From the IMG/VR virus record IMGVR_UViG_3300028897_000455, positions 1 through 42,432 of that record: DNA of 42,432 nucleotides. One strand, 5' to 3'. A program made the translations under genes and the position numbers. The notes under the pieces are model-generated. The model had not been told where the DNA came from. It saw only the letters and a list, made by a program, of their open reading frames with translations, and searched no databases. Source of the DNA: a virus (taxonomy: Duplodnaviria; Caudoviricetes). Below, one piece after another: positions 23,559 through 32,260 of the stretch. How positions within the stretch are numbered: position 1 is the stretch's first letter; the number at the start of each line of letters is the position of its first letter.

Positions 23559-24428
23559 ATGGCATGGCAAACTTTAGTAGGAGCAGGATTAGCTGGAGCA
23601 GGATTAGCTGGCTCAATCTTTGGTAAGAAAAAGAAAGCAAAAGGTCCAGATATAGGTTATTTAACAGGAATAGTTAAACAAGGAGCTGAAAAAGCTAGAG
23701 GATTAACTGGACAAGAATATGAAACCCTTCAACCATTATCTCAAAAATATGGGGCAGGGATTGAAGAATTGGGAGCTGGTTATGAATCTAAGATACGAGG
23801 ACTTGGAGAAGAATATCAAAAAGGACTGGCTGGAGTAGGAGAATCAGAAAAAGCTGCTAGAGATTTAGCAGTTGCATTACAACAAAAAGAAGAATATGGT
23901 GCAGTTCCTCTTCAACAGCAAATGATTAGAGAACAATTAGCTGCTGGTGGTGGATTAAGAACTGGAGCTGCTGGAAAATTATTAGCTCAAGCTCCTACAC
24001 AAGCTGCTCAAAGAGTAAGTCAATTTAGAACTCAAGCAGATATTGAACGATTAAGTAGAGAAGCTGCAAGACAAGAAGAAGGAGTTAGAAATCTTTATCA
24101 AACACAGGCTGGTGCTGCTCTCACTAAACTTGGATTAGATCAAACAAAATTACAAACTCTTTTAGAAACTGGAAGAACCGATATAATCAATAAATATGCT
24201 AAACTTGCTGGAATTGACGAAGCTGAATTAAATGCTATTCTTGGAATTCATGGATTAGCTACTCAAACTGAAATGGCTAATGTTGCTGCTGAAAATGCCC
24301 GTCAACAAGCAATATTAGAACAGCTTGGTGGTCTTGGTACTTCCTTAATTGGTTATGGTCTTGCACAACAACCAATTGTTAGAAAAGGACCTTCTGCTGA
24401 AACATTAAGATTTGTAAGAGGATATTAA
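23559..24428 (+). CDS. Internal virion/DNA ejection protein 1 (probable)
   Basis: Start MAWQ after AGGGGG. Gly/Ala-rich hydrophobic N-terminus, Gln/Ala helical body, podovirus gene order. Confidence 0.65.
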   Translation: MAWQTLVGAGLAGAGLAGSIFGKKKKAKGPDIGYLTGIVKQGAEKARGLTGQEYETLQPLSQKYGAGIEELGAGYESKIRGLGEEYQKGLAGVGESEKAARDLAVALQQKEEYGAVPLQQQMIREQLAAGGGLRTGAAGKLLAQAPTQAAQRVSQFRTQADIERLSREAARQEEGVRNLYQTQAGAALTKLGLDQTKLQTLLETGRTDIINKYAKLAGIDEAELNAILGIHGLATQTEMANVAAENARQQAILEQLGGLGTSLIGYGLAQQPIVRKGPSAETLRFVRGY

Positions 24429-24439
24429 GGAGAATTAAT

Positions 24440-25714
24440 ATGCCAGAATATAAAATACCAAAATTTAGTACTGAAGAACTTTTAGCTGCTTTTGGTTCTC
24501 AGGTATCACCTGCAGGTGTTATAGGAGCAGGTAGAAAAGGATTTGCCGAAGGTGTCAGTTTAGCTGAGACAATAGAAGGAATTAAATCTAAAAAGCTTAA
24601 ACAACAGCAAGAAGTTGCTGAAATTGAGCGTAAGCTTAAAGCTCAAGAGATGTTAGCTAAAACAGTTGAAGGTAAACCTGAGATAGAGCGTAAAAAAGTT
24701 GCTTTACAAGCTCTTGCCCCTAAACATGCGATTAGACCAGAAAAAGAACAAGTTCCTATGGAACTAGAGTCTTTTGAGCACAAAAAAGGAATGGAAGAAA
24801 TAAAGTCAGAAATAGAGAAAAGAAAACTTCTTAGTACTGCTATTAAAGCAGGCCTTCCTCCTGAGAAAGCTATTGCGCAACTTTATCCATCTGAGACTTT
24901 AACAAGAGCAACAGCACCTATGACTTTACCTATGATTAATATAACTACAGGAGAACGATTAACTGCTATATGGAATCCCGTTGATCGAACTTTTACATCT
25001 GGAGATAGAGTTTTAGATCCTTCTGAATGGATTAGAGATTATAAACCAGATATAAGAACTGAACCTGGAACAGAAGAATTACTTCGTATAACTTCTGCTG
25101 GAACAACTTCCCCTTTAACAGGGGCGGAAAGAAGACCAGAAAAAGGTAAACCAGTAACTAATTTAAGTCAACTTAGTGCATTTGAAAAAAATGAGGCAAT
25201 AAGAACTAAACAAGATTTTCAAACAGACCCAACAGCCAAATTACTTTCTGGAGATTTAACTACTTTGTTAGTGTTAGAAGATTTAATTAAAAAACGACCA
25301 AAAGGAGCAGTTGGATTAACTCGTACCCAATTAACTGTATTTGCTGGTGAAAAAGGACGTTTAACAGATGATGATATTAGGCGTAATAGTGGAAGTCCTG
25401 CAATAGCTGATAGATTAATAAGAACATATAATGATCTTGTTCATGGAAATCTAAGTACAGTAGATTCTAAAGATTTTAAGATTATTGTAGATTTAGTAGG
25501 AGCTAAAAAAGCTCTGGAATTAGATAATATATTAAGTGATTATACTACTGCTATTGGATTACAAACCCCAAATTCAGAGAAGTTTGTTAAAAGATATGTG
25601 AGTAGTGGTACATGGTCTAAGATTGAAAGAAATCTGAAAAATGTCAATAAACTTTCAGATATTACTCCAGAAAAAATGCAATCTTCTGGCGGATATACTT
25701 ATACGGTGGAATAA
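24440..25714 (+). CDS. Internal virion/DNA ejection protein 2 (probable)
   Basis: AAGGAG SD. Helical protein with a G.LTD.D motif, in the expected position. Confidence 0.6.
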   Translation: MPEYKIPKFSTEELLAAFGSQVSPAGVIGAGRKGFAEGVSLAETIEGIKSKKLKQQQEVAEIERKLKAQEMLAKTVEGKPEIERKKVALQALAPKHAIRPEKEQVPMELESFEHKKGMEEIKSEIEKRKLLSTAIKAGLPPEKAIAQLYPSETLTRATAPMTLPMINITTGERLTAIWNPVDRTFTSGDRVLDPSEWIRDYKPDIRTEPGTEELLRITSAGTTSPLTGAERRPEKGKPVTNLSQLSAFEKNEAIRTKQDFQTDPTAKLLSGDLTTLLVLEDLIKKRPKGAVGLTRTQLTVFAGEKGRLTDDDIRRNSGSPAIADRLIRTYNDLVHGNLSTVDSKDFKIIVDLVGAKKALELDNILSDYTTAIGLQTPNSEKFVKRYVSSGTWSKIERNLKNVNKLSDITPEKMQSSGGYTYTVE

Positions 25715-25715
25715 T

Positions 25716-26627
25716 ATGGCAAAATTAAAAATAACAGCGAAAGATGGAAAAATTTTAAATATTGATATTCCAGAAGGGACAGATCCTTCTCAATATAGCA
25801 CTATTGTTGATGATGTAATGAGAGATTATGAAAGTAAAACACAAACTCTCACAAAAGAAGATTACATGAAAGCTTATGAACAAATTCCAATTCCAGCTTC
25901 TATACCAGGAGGACCAATAGTTCCAGGAACAAAAGTTCCTATGATTGGAAGTATTGGAGAATTTAAAAAAGAAGTTCCTGAAAAATTAGCAGAAGATATT
26001 GGTAAAGCTGGATATCCTCGATTAGGTGCATTAGCTGGAACTGCTGCTTATTTAGCTCCAGAGATAGCCTTATCAGCTCCTTTAGGAGAAATAAGTGTCC
26101 CTGGTGCAAAAGCAGGAGTTAAAATTGCCAAAAAAGCTGCTAAATTCACTTTTGGTCCTCGTCTTAAAACTGCTGCTAAAGCATTGGGAAAAGCTGAAGA
26201 AGAAGCTGGAATTGCAGTTGAAGCTATTAATAGAAATCTTCCTAGAACTCGACAAGCGATGCTTGATACATTAGAATCATGGAAACCATTGCATAAAGCT
26301 TCAGTAGAAAATATTAGAAATATAGGAAAAGAAGGTTTAAATATAATCAGAAAACAAGCTGGTGACTTATTAGATTTTCTTAAAGTTGCTAAAGCAAAAG
26401 CACCCAAACAATTATTGACAAGTAGAGAAATTGCTATGCTTTCTAAAATTAAAGACAATGTAACAAAAGCATTGGTGAAAGAAGCTCCTGAAGTTGGACA
26501 TAAAATTACAGAATATGCCTCAGCAGCTAAAAGAGCAGAACTATTAAAGAAATTAGGTAAAGTTGCTGGATATGGTGGTGGAGCTGCTGCTCTATATGGT
26601 TTAGGCCATTCATTGCTGAATAAATAA
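25716..26627 (+). CDS. Internal virion/DNA ejection protein 3 (probable)
   Basis: Start MAKLK is preferred to the track start. Ala/Gly/Lys-rich with hydrophobic Gly-rich segments. Confidence 0.6.
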   Translation: MAKLKITAKDGKILNIDIPEGTDPSQYSTIVDDVMRDYESKTQTLTKEDYMKAYEQIPIPASIPGGPIVPGTKVPMIGSIGEFKKEVPEKLAEDIGKAGYPRLGALAGTAAYLAPEIALSAPLGEISVPGAKAGVKIAKKAAKFTFGPRLKTAAKALGKAEEEAGIAVEAINRNLPRTRQAMLDTLESWKPLHKASVENIRNIGKEGLNIIRKQAGDLLDFLKVAKAKAPKQLLTSREIAMLSKIKDNVTKALVKEAPEVGHKITEYASAAKRAELLKKLGKVAGYGGGAAALYGLGHSLLNK

Positions 26628-26641
26628 GAAAGGAGTTTATT

Positions 26642-26836
26642 ATGGTTCGTAAAACTTCAAGTGAACTTATTATAGAACATTTAAGAGGAATTGATGATAA
26701 ATTAGATAAAGTACGTACTCAAGATATTCCTAATATGAAAGCAGATATAAGAGAACTTAAAATTAAAGCAAGTTTTTGGGGAGGTATAACAGGATTAATT
26801 GGAGGATTTTTAACGTTTTTAATTCCACATAGATAG
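26642..26836 (+). CDS. Small membrane protein, XhlA/holin-like
   Basis: Coiled-coil N-terminus plus a single C-terminal TM (FWGGITGLIGGFLTFLI). AAGGAG SD. Confidence 0.55.
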   Translation: MVRKTSSELIIEHLRGIDDKLDKVRTQDIPNMKADIRELKIKASFWGGITGLIGGFLTFLIPHR

Positions 26837-26845
26837 GATAATAAT

Positions 26846-27082
26846 ATGTGGTGGGAATCAACAGATCATGGGATTATTCCAATTAACCGAGTAAAAGTTA
26901 AATGCCCTGTTTGTAAAGAAGTTTTAACAACCAGATTTCCTGAAGATCGTATATGGACTTACTGCAAAGAATGTAAAACAAATTTCTACTATCCTCCAAA
27001 TAAAGATATTCCAACTCAAGCTAAACCAGATTCTCTTAAATATGACTCTAAAAAATGTAATTGTGGAAGATGCAATAGATAG
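26846..27082 (+). CDS. Zinc-ribbon protein, 78 aa
   Basis: CPVC...CKEC plus C-terminal CNCGRC. Confidence 0.65.
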   Translation: MWWESTDHGIIPINRVKVKCPVCKEVLTTRFPEDRIWTYCKECKTNFYYPPNKDIPTQAKPDSLKYDSKKCNCGRCNR

Positions 27083-27083
27083 T

Positions 27084-27221
27084 TTACCGCACTAGTAATT
27101 TTCTATCACAGTGAACACAAAATTGCCATAATTTTCCTTTCTTATCTTTTTCAATATATTGAAATTTGCATTTCTTTTTACACGGATTTTTAGATTGCCT
27201 ATCTCTTTTCTCATATTTCAT
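27084..27221 (-). CDS. Small Cys-rich basic protein, 45 aa
   Basis: Start MKYEK after GAGGAG. C...C and CxxC motifs. Confidence 0.6.
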   Translation of the reverse strand: MKYEKRDRQSKNPCKKKCKFQYIEKDKKGKLWQFCVHCDRKLLVR

Positions 27222-27315
27222 ATTCACTCCTCTTAGAAACAAAACAGTCAAATTAAAATACTTGATAATCAATGTCTACAAGATTCATACTTTAAGGTTG
27301 TTAACTTATGTTAAC

Positions 27316-27519
27316 TTATTTTAAATGGGTTAACAATAACTGTAAATCTTGAATAAGAGCTTCTACTTGCTTTTTATACCCTATAATGTATAATTCAGAT
27401 GATTTATCGATTTTAATGAATACTTGATCTTTTTGTTTTAATCCAAAAGATTTCATAATCCCATATTTTCCTATATAATACCAAGGATCTCCGATACCAA
27501 TATCACCTTTTCGATACAT
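27316..27519 (-). CDS. Hypothetical protein, 67 aa
   Basis: ORF track. Confidence 0.5.
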   Translation of the reverse strand: MYRKGDIGIGDPWYYIGKYGIMKSFGLKQKDQVFIKIDKSSELYIIGYKKQVEALIQDLQLLLTHLK

Positions 27520-27701
27520 TTACCAGTCCTTTGATTTTTATACCTTAAATGCAATTTTTTCTATATTGTCTATATAATTCTAAAATCCTCACCAATTGGT
27601 TTAATTTGCTTCTATTTTGCCTATCATAGGTAGGCAGTTTAACATTAAAATAAACTTTATACCAATAATTTCATAATTATCCTATTAACCATAAAATTTT
27701 T

Positions 27702-27995
27702 TCATTTAAATAATTTCCAATTTTTAGGCTTATACTTGGCAACAACAAATAAAGAAATAGTATAAACAATAAGCATACAAGTTTCAATTCCAACACCTAC
27801 CCAATTAACATAAATTGCTAATCCAATAATAGCACAAACAGCTTTTCCTATTTTATATAGATACTGGCTGCTACTTACTTGCGTTGATTTTTTTGTTCTA
27901 ATAGTTTTAGCTACTTGTTTCCAATATGAATAAGTGTCCAATAATACTGCTAATGTTACAGCAACTACTCCAATGTTAGTTAATATACTATTCAT
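27702..27995 (-). CDS. SemiSWEET/PQ-loop-like 3-TM membrane protein
   Basis: Three hydrophobic helices. YWKQVAKTIRTKKSTQVS resembles the PQ..K..RTK....VS loop. Confidence 0.6.
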   Translation of the reverse strand: MNSILTNIGVVAVTLAVLLDTYSYWKQVAKTIRTKKSTQVSSSQYLYKIGKAVCAIIGLAIYVNWVGVGIETCMLIVYTISLFVVAKYKPKNWKLFK

Positions 27996-28261
27996 TATTT
28001 TTCCCCTTGATGTTCAACAGAAATATCTAATCCTTTTGGAGCTTCTGTGATACTAGCATTTCCTTCAGAATCAATTATAATTTTTACTCGTTTACTTTTT
28101 TTACGTTTTTTAGATTTAGATTCTTCTAATTTTTTATCGTAGAAATATTCAATAACTAAGATTGTTAGAGTAAGTATTCCAACAAAACCCTCAAAAAATA
28201 AAATTCCTGCTAACCAAAAAGGTTCCCAATGATATAACCAAATATTAAATTGTTCTAACAT
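27995..28261 (-). CDS. Single-TM membrane protein, 88 aa
   Basis: Hydrophobic segment followed by a basic cluster. TAATG coupling. Confidence 0.65.
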   Translation of the reverse strand: MLEQFNIWLYHWEPFWLAGILFFEGFVGILTLTILVIEYFYDKKLEESKSKKRKKSKRVKIIIDSEGNASITEAPKGLDISVEHQGEK

Positions 28262-28305
28262 ATTATTTTTTCTCTTTACGAGATTTTTTATAAATTTTAT
28301 TACTT

Positions 28306-28434
28306 TTATTTTAATCTTCTTTTAATCTTAAAATAATGTTTTATATCTTTCTTTATGCCTATATATAATAAACACAATGCTCCTAATATTCCCCATGCAA
28401 TTATCCCTAATACAATATAGTCTATTATTTCCAT
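28306..28434 (-). CDS. Single-TM peptide, 42 aa (MEIIDYIVLGIIAWGILGALCLLYIGIKK...)
   Basis: Translated by hand. AGGA upstream, TM plus basic tail. Confidence 0.55.
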   Translation of the reverse strand: MEIIDYIVLGIIAWGILGALCLLYIGIKKDIKHYFKIKRRLK

Positions 28435-28946
28435 GTTAGTCCTATAAATAAACTAATAAACATCCAATAAACAAGATCAGCGTCAAAATGATTCCAATAA
28501 AAATAGAATAACTTTCCATCTGTATCTTTTTTAAGCTCTCCAGGTATAAGAACATCTTTGGCTCTAAAGTAAAAATGAAATGATAACATAAGAGGCCATT
28601 GAATAGCTAAATGCCAACGTTTCCAATACTGTATTCGACTTAAATAAAAATCATCTCCAATTTGCCAATTCCACAAATTGCCTTTATCCATAATTAAATC
28701 ACCTACGGAACACTCAACTCGCCATACTCCTTTTCCACCGATAGCCATAAGGATTTTAGGATATTTTCTCCATTTAGCCCACCATTCAGTACATCTATAA
28801 CTAAAAGCAAACCAAGTCTTAGTCTTTTTATGAATCCACTTATAGAATCGTCCAAACCAACTATCTCCATACTGACTGTCATCGGGAAATGCAGCTTCTA
28901 TTTCATGTGGATCGTTTATATGTTCAGGTAAAGCTGATTTAGGCAT
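28425..28946 (-). CDS. Trp-rich hypothetical protein, 173 aa
   Basis: Start MPKSALPEH avoids the long overlap with the upstream gene. Confidence 0.65.
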   Translation of the reverse strand: MPKSALPEHINDPHEIEAAFPDDSQYGDSWFGRFYKWIHKKTKTWFAFSYRCTEWWAKWRKYPKILMAIGGKGVWRVECSVGDLIMDKGNLWNWQIGDDFYLSRIQYWKRWHLAIQWPLMLSFHFYFRAKDVLIPGELKKDTDGKLFYFYWNHFDADLVYWMFISLFIGLTWK

Positions 28947-29244
28947 GATACATTTCCTTACAAATTTCACATTTTTTGTCATCGCATGTATACTTGGAGC
29001 CATGTTTAAGACTAATATCAACTTCAAATTTATCATATTTATCACTATATTCGCCAAAATAATCTTTTAAGAAAAATAATAGATTCATAAGAGTTGCAGG
29101 TTTCCCCTCCGATTGATCCTCTTCAAAAACTATTTGTTTATATTGACAATAGTCTGCTTTATCCAATAATTCCTCATACCAACTAGCAATATATCCATTA
29201 TCTGCTTTAGTAATTTCTATTTTCCAAGGTAAAGACTCTTTCAT
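28939..29244 (-). CDS. Hypothetical protein, 101 aa
   Basis: ORF track. AAGGAG SD, IEITKADNGY motif and C-terminal Cys cluster. Confidence 0.7.
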   Translation of the reverse strand: MKESLPWKIEITKADNGYIASWYEELLDKADYCQYKQIVFEEDQSEGKPATLMNLLFFLKDYFGEYSDKYDKFEVDISLKHGSKYTCDDKKCEICKEMYHA

Positions 29245-29263
29245 ACTCTAATCTCCTTTACTT

Positions 29264-29794
29264 TTATTGAATTTTCAAATAAATTTTTTTATAATTCTGT
29301 AATTTTGCAAATAATTGTATAAATGCTGCTCTACTTTGCCTTAATTGAAATGTTTTTTTATCGATTGTCTGCCCTACTAAAATATACCCCTCTATATCAT
29401 GGATTGTATTTCTTGAAGATATATGGACCTCAGAAAAACCTGGAACATCCAGTAATAAAGGCAATTTTCGTTTAAATTTTGGGGAATAAATTATTTTAAT
29501 TTCATAATCACCATAAGGAATTGCAGTTTCTCCATAAATTTTATATTCCATTATAGAATCTTCTAATGTATAACATTCAAATTTGTCATTTAAATATAAT
29601 TGCCCGATTGTGTCTTTATTTGAAAAAATACACCGTTTTAAACATAAATTACATATAAATTCATCTTTTTGGCTTGATTTATCCTTAATATTCAATACTT
29701 TTGCTATAACTTTGCATAAAAATTTGAATAGGAGGCTTCCAAATTTGACCGTAGTTGAATTAGATTTTGATTTATGGTCTAATATTGATTTCAT
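29264..29794 (-). CDS. DUF5675-like protein (L,D-transpeptidase-like fold) with substituted putative catalytic residues
   Basis: TIG.LY, CYTLED, KI.GETAIP.G.Y and SPKF motifs. It has HISSRN...EGYILVG where the family has IHxGN...EGCILVG. Confidence 0.75.
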   Translation of the reverse strand: MKSILDHKSKSNSTTVKFGSLLFKFLCKVIAKVLNIKDKSSQKDEFICNLCLKRCIFSNKDTIGQLYLNDKFECYTLEDSIMEYKIYGETAIPYGDYEIKIIYSPKFKRKLPLLLDVPGFSEVHISSRNTIHDIEGYILVGQTIDKKTFQLRQSRAAFIQLFAKLQNYKKIYLKIQ

Positions 29795-29914
29795 AATTTT
29801 AATCGATCTCTTTGGCCAAACTCGATAACCTGTCGTTTTTAAAATGCTTAATTATCAAAGATTTTAAGTTACTTCGAAAACGCTTATTTGAACAAGGCAA
29901 ATATTCAACACCAA

Positions 29915-30316
29915 TTAATTCCCTATTTTTCTTAATAATTTACCATAATCTGCACAATCAAGAATCTCTGGTTTTAAATGGGGATATTTTTTAGTTGCTT
30001 TTTTATAAGCTAATTTGTAAATCCATTCTTGATATTGTGTAAATAATCTTTGTAGCCATATTATTTTATGCATTTTATGCGAAATCCAAAGATCAAATCC
30101 ATAAGGCCACCATTTATGAATCCAATCATGTTTAGGCCATACAAGTCCATGAATAGAATCAAAACCAAAGTGGCAATAAACTCTAACAGTTCCAAACTTC
30201 TCTTTAGTTTGTAATACTCTTATTCTACCCCATTTTGCTATAAACATACCAATTTTATAGGCAATAGCGTCAATTTGCTCAAAATATTTGGCGGGCCATT
30301 CACCATAATAATGCAT
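29915..30316 (-). CDS. Conserved phage protein with QxKEKFGxxRxY motif
   Basis: QTKEKFGTVRVY. Start MHYYG after AGGAG. Confidence 0.7.
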   Translation of the reverse strand: MHYYGEWPAKYFEQIDAIAYKIGMFIAKWGRIRVLQTKEKFGTVRVYCHFGFDSIHGLVWPKHDWIHKWWPYGFDLWISHKMHKIIWLQRLFTQYQEWIYKLAYKKATKKYPHLKPEILDCADYGKLLRKIGN

Positions 30317-30317
30317 A

Positions 30318-30500
30318 TTATTTCTCCTTTTTAACTTTAATAAATTCTCCACCATCTTTATTAATTAAAATTGCATTATACCCATACCTATAACAATGTA
30401 GTTCTAAATCATTCCAGATATTTGTATTTTCTATAGTAGAAAGCATGATAAGACCTTTTGGAGTTATGCAGAGTGATTCTTTGTTATTTTTCTTTTTCAT
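30318..30500 (-). CDS. Hypothetical protein, 60 aa
   Basis: ORF track. TAATG coupling. Confidence 0.6.
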   Translation of the reverse strand: MKKKNNKESLCITPKGLIMLSTIENTNIWNDLELHCYRYGYNAILINKDGGEFIKVKKEK

Positions 30501-30973
30501 TAGACTATACCTTCCTTGTATCTAGTTTTTCCTTCACTATCTTTATAGACAGTAAGAATAGATTTTCTATTTTTACTGCTAGAAACATAAGAAACATGGA
30601 CCCATCCAGAATTAAAATCTTTCTCTTTTGGATTATAAAATTCAAGTATCAACTGATCAAAGTCAATATTTGCTTTAATCCAGAGAGCAAGTTCTCTATT
30701 ATCAATTCCCATTATCTCAATATCAGCAGCTTCACATTTACAGTGTTGAGATGATTCACTTCCTCCAATATCTCTATTGAGAGCAGTACATCTATATCCA
30801 CTAGTAATTTTAATTGGTTTATTAAAATAAGATCGTATAATTTCTAATACATTTAAACATAAATTAGAAAGTTTTATAACTCCTTCTGCTGATGGAGTGT
30901 TATTAATATTATTGCGAATTGCATAGTCACTTTTTATAAACTCATTTAAATCAAAATTAGCACTTAGTTTCAT
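30500..30973 (-). CDS. Peptidase M15 (M15_3/M15A-type) endolysin
   Basis: LS.NF.L.EF, ITSGYRC, SQH, AADI, FDQLI.E and WVHVS zinc-peptidase motifs. Confidence 0.9.
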   Translation of the reverse strand: MKLSANFDLNEFIKSDYAIRNNINNTPSAEGVIKLSNLCLNVLEIIRSYFNKPIKITSGYRCTALNRDIGGSESSQHCKCEAADIEIMGIDNRELALWIKANIDFDQLILEFYNPKEKDFNSGWVHVSYVSSSKNRKSILTVYKDSEGKTRYKEGIV

Positions 30974-31139
30974 TTTTATTCTCCAATAATTTTTTAATTT
31001 GTTCCTTTAAACTTTCATTTACTTTTTTAAGCTCCTCTAATTCTTTATCGAAATCTTGCCATGCTTCAGCAAATCCATGTTCTTTACCATTGTCATATCC
31101 ATCCATATAACCCATGTCATAATCCATTAGTGATTCCAT
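30957..31139 (-). CDS. Hypothetical protein, 60 aa (GY.DG repeats plus coiled coil)
   Basis: Start MESLM after GGAGG. Confidence 0.6.
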   Translation of the reverse strand: MESLMDYDMGYMDGYDNGKEHGFAEAWQDFDKELEELKKVNESLKEQIKKLLENKNETKC

Positions 31140-31374
31140 TTTCAATTCCTCCTTCAAGTGTAGTTGGTTTAATCCACAATACCTTTCCATGTTTAGAGTA
31201 GTCTTTTACCCATTGTTCGGGTGTTTTATTAGATTTCATAATACTGATATGATATCCTTCTTTGACTAATTGTAAAAGAATTTTAATTCTATCTTCTTTT
31301 GATTTAGCACCTTGTTCTTTTACTCGTTTAAAAAATTCTAAAAATATTTCTGAAGTTGCATGAAAAGTGTACAT
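31117..31374 (-). CDS. Hypothetical protein, 85 aa
   Basis: ORF track. TAATG coupling. Confidence 0.6.
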   Translation of the reverse strand: MYTFHATSEIFLEFFKRVKEQGAKSKEDRIKILLQLVKEGYHISIMKSNKTPEQWVKDYSKHGKVLWIKPTTLEGGIENGITNGL

Positions 31375-31535
31375 TATTTCTTTTTCTTTTTAATAAGAAT
31401 AGAATAAGTAGATGCAGTAGTAAAATATTGTTCTAATTGAGATAAAGAAGGATTAAACCAATATATAGTATTTGGTTTTAATTTTTTACAGACATCAGCT
31501 TGAAGTTTTTTATTTTGTTTAATATTTTTAGCCAT
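31374..31535 (-). CDS. Hypothetical protein, 53 aa (MAKNIKQNKKLQADVC...)
   Basis: Translated by hand. AGGAG SD, fills the gap between annotated ORFs. Confidence 0.55.
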   Translation of the reverse strand: MAKNIKQNKKLQADVCKKLKPNTIYWFNPSLSQLEQYFTTASTYSILIKKKKK

Positions 31536-32260
31536 TTGTGTCTCCTAAATACCGGAATACTTTTACCATTAGAAATAAGAAATTCGAGACATTGACCAGA
31601 GGGGACAGAAAAACCTAAACCTGTAAAAATAGGGAAAAATGTTACAGGAGAAATCATAAATGAATTAATACCTACTAACTCTCCTTGAAGATTTATAACT
31701 GGACCACCTGAATTTCCTGGATTAATAAATACATCAGATTGGATAACATTATAAGATTCTTCTAAATCTCTATATAAAGCACTTATAATTCCATGTGTAA
31801 CAGTAAAATCTAATCCTAATGCATTTCCAATTGCAATAACTTCTTGTCCAACTTTAATTTTTCTTGGATCTGCTAATTGAATATAGTTATTTCCTGTGAT
31901 AGCTGGAGTTCTAATTAATGCTAAATCACTCTTATTACTTATTGCTAAAATTTCTCCAGCTACAGTTGTATTGGAATATAATTCTACTGTAACTATCTTT
32001 GATCTATTGAATGGAAAAGTAAATAAATGAGCACAGGTTAAAATATGACCTATTGGACTAATGAAAATACCAGCACCGGAAATTTCTACAGATTCTAGTT
32101 TTCCAGTATAAAAATCAGGAATATTATAAAATACTTTAATAGTAACAGTCATTGGTAAACATTTAGCAGCAACTTTTTCAAATCTATTATCAGGTTGCTT
32201 TATATCATAAACAATAAATCCCAAAGTAATAGTCAATAAAATTAGTGTAAACTTTTTCAT
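31478..32260 (-). CDS. Trypsin-like (HtrA/DegP-type) serine protease without a PDZ domain
   Basis: Catalytic triad LTCAH, DLALI, NPGNSGGP. N-terminal signal/TM segment. Confidence 0.9.
   Translation of the reverse strand: MKKFTLILLTITLGFIVYDIKQPDNRFEKVAAKCLPMTVTIKVFYNIPDFYTGKLESVEISGAGIFISPIGHILTCAHLFTFPFNRSKIVTVELYSNTTVAGEILAISNKSDLALIRTPAITGNNYIQLADPRKIKVGQEVIAIGNALGLDFTVTHGIISALYRDLEESYNVIQSDVFINPGNSGGPVINLQGELVGINSFMISPVTFFPIFTGLGFSVPSGQCLEFLISNGKSIPVFRRHKWLKILNKIKNFKLMSVKN

Noticed and set aside
27519-27702. Frameshifted 5' extension of ORF 27316..27519
   Set aside because: It would need two separate indels and has no clear start or SD, so it is too speculative.
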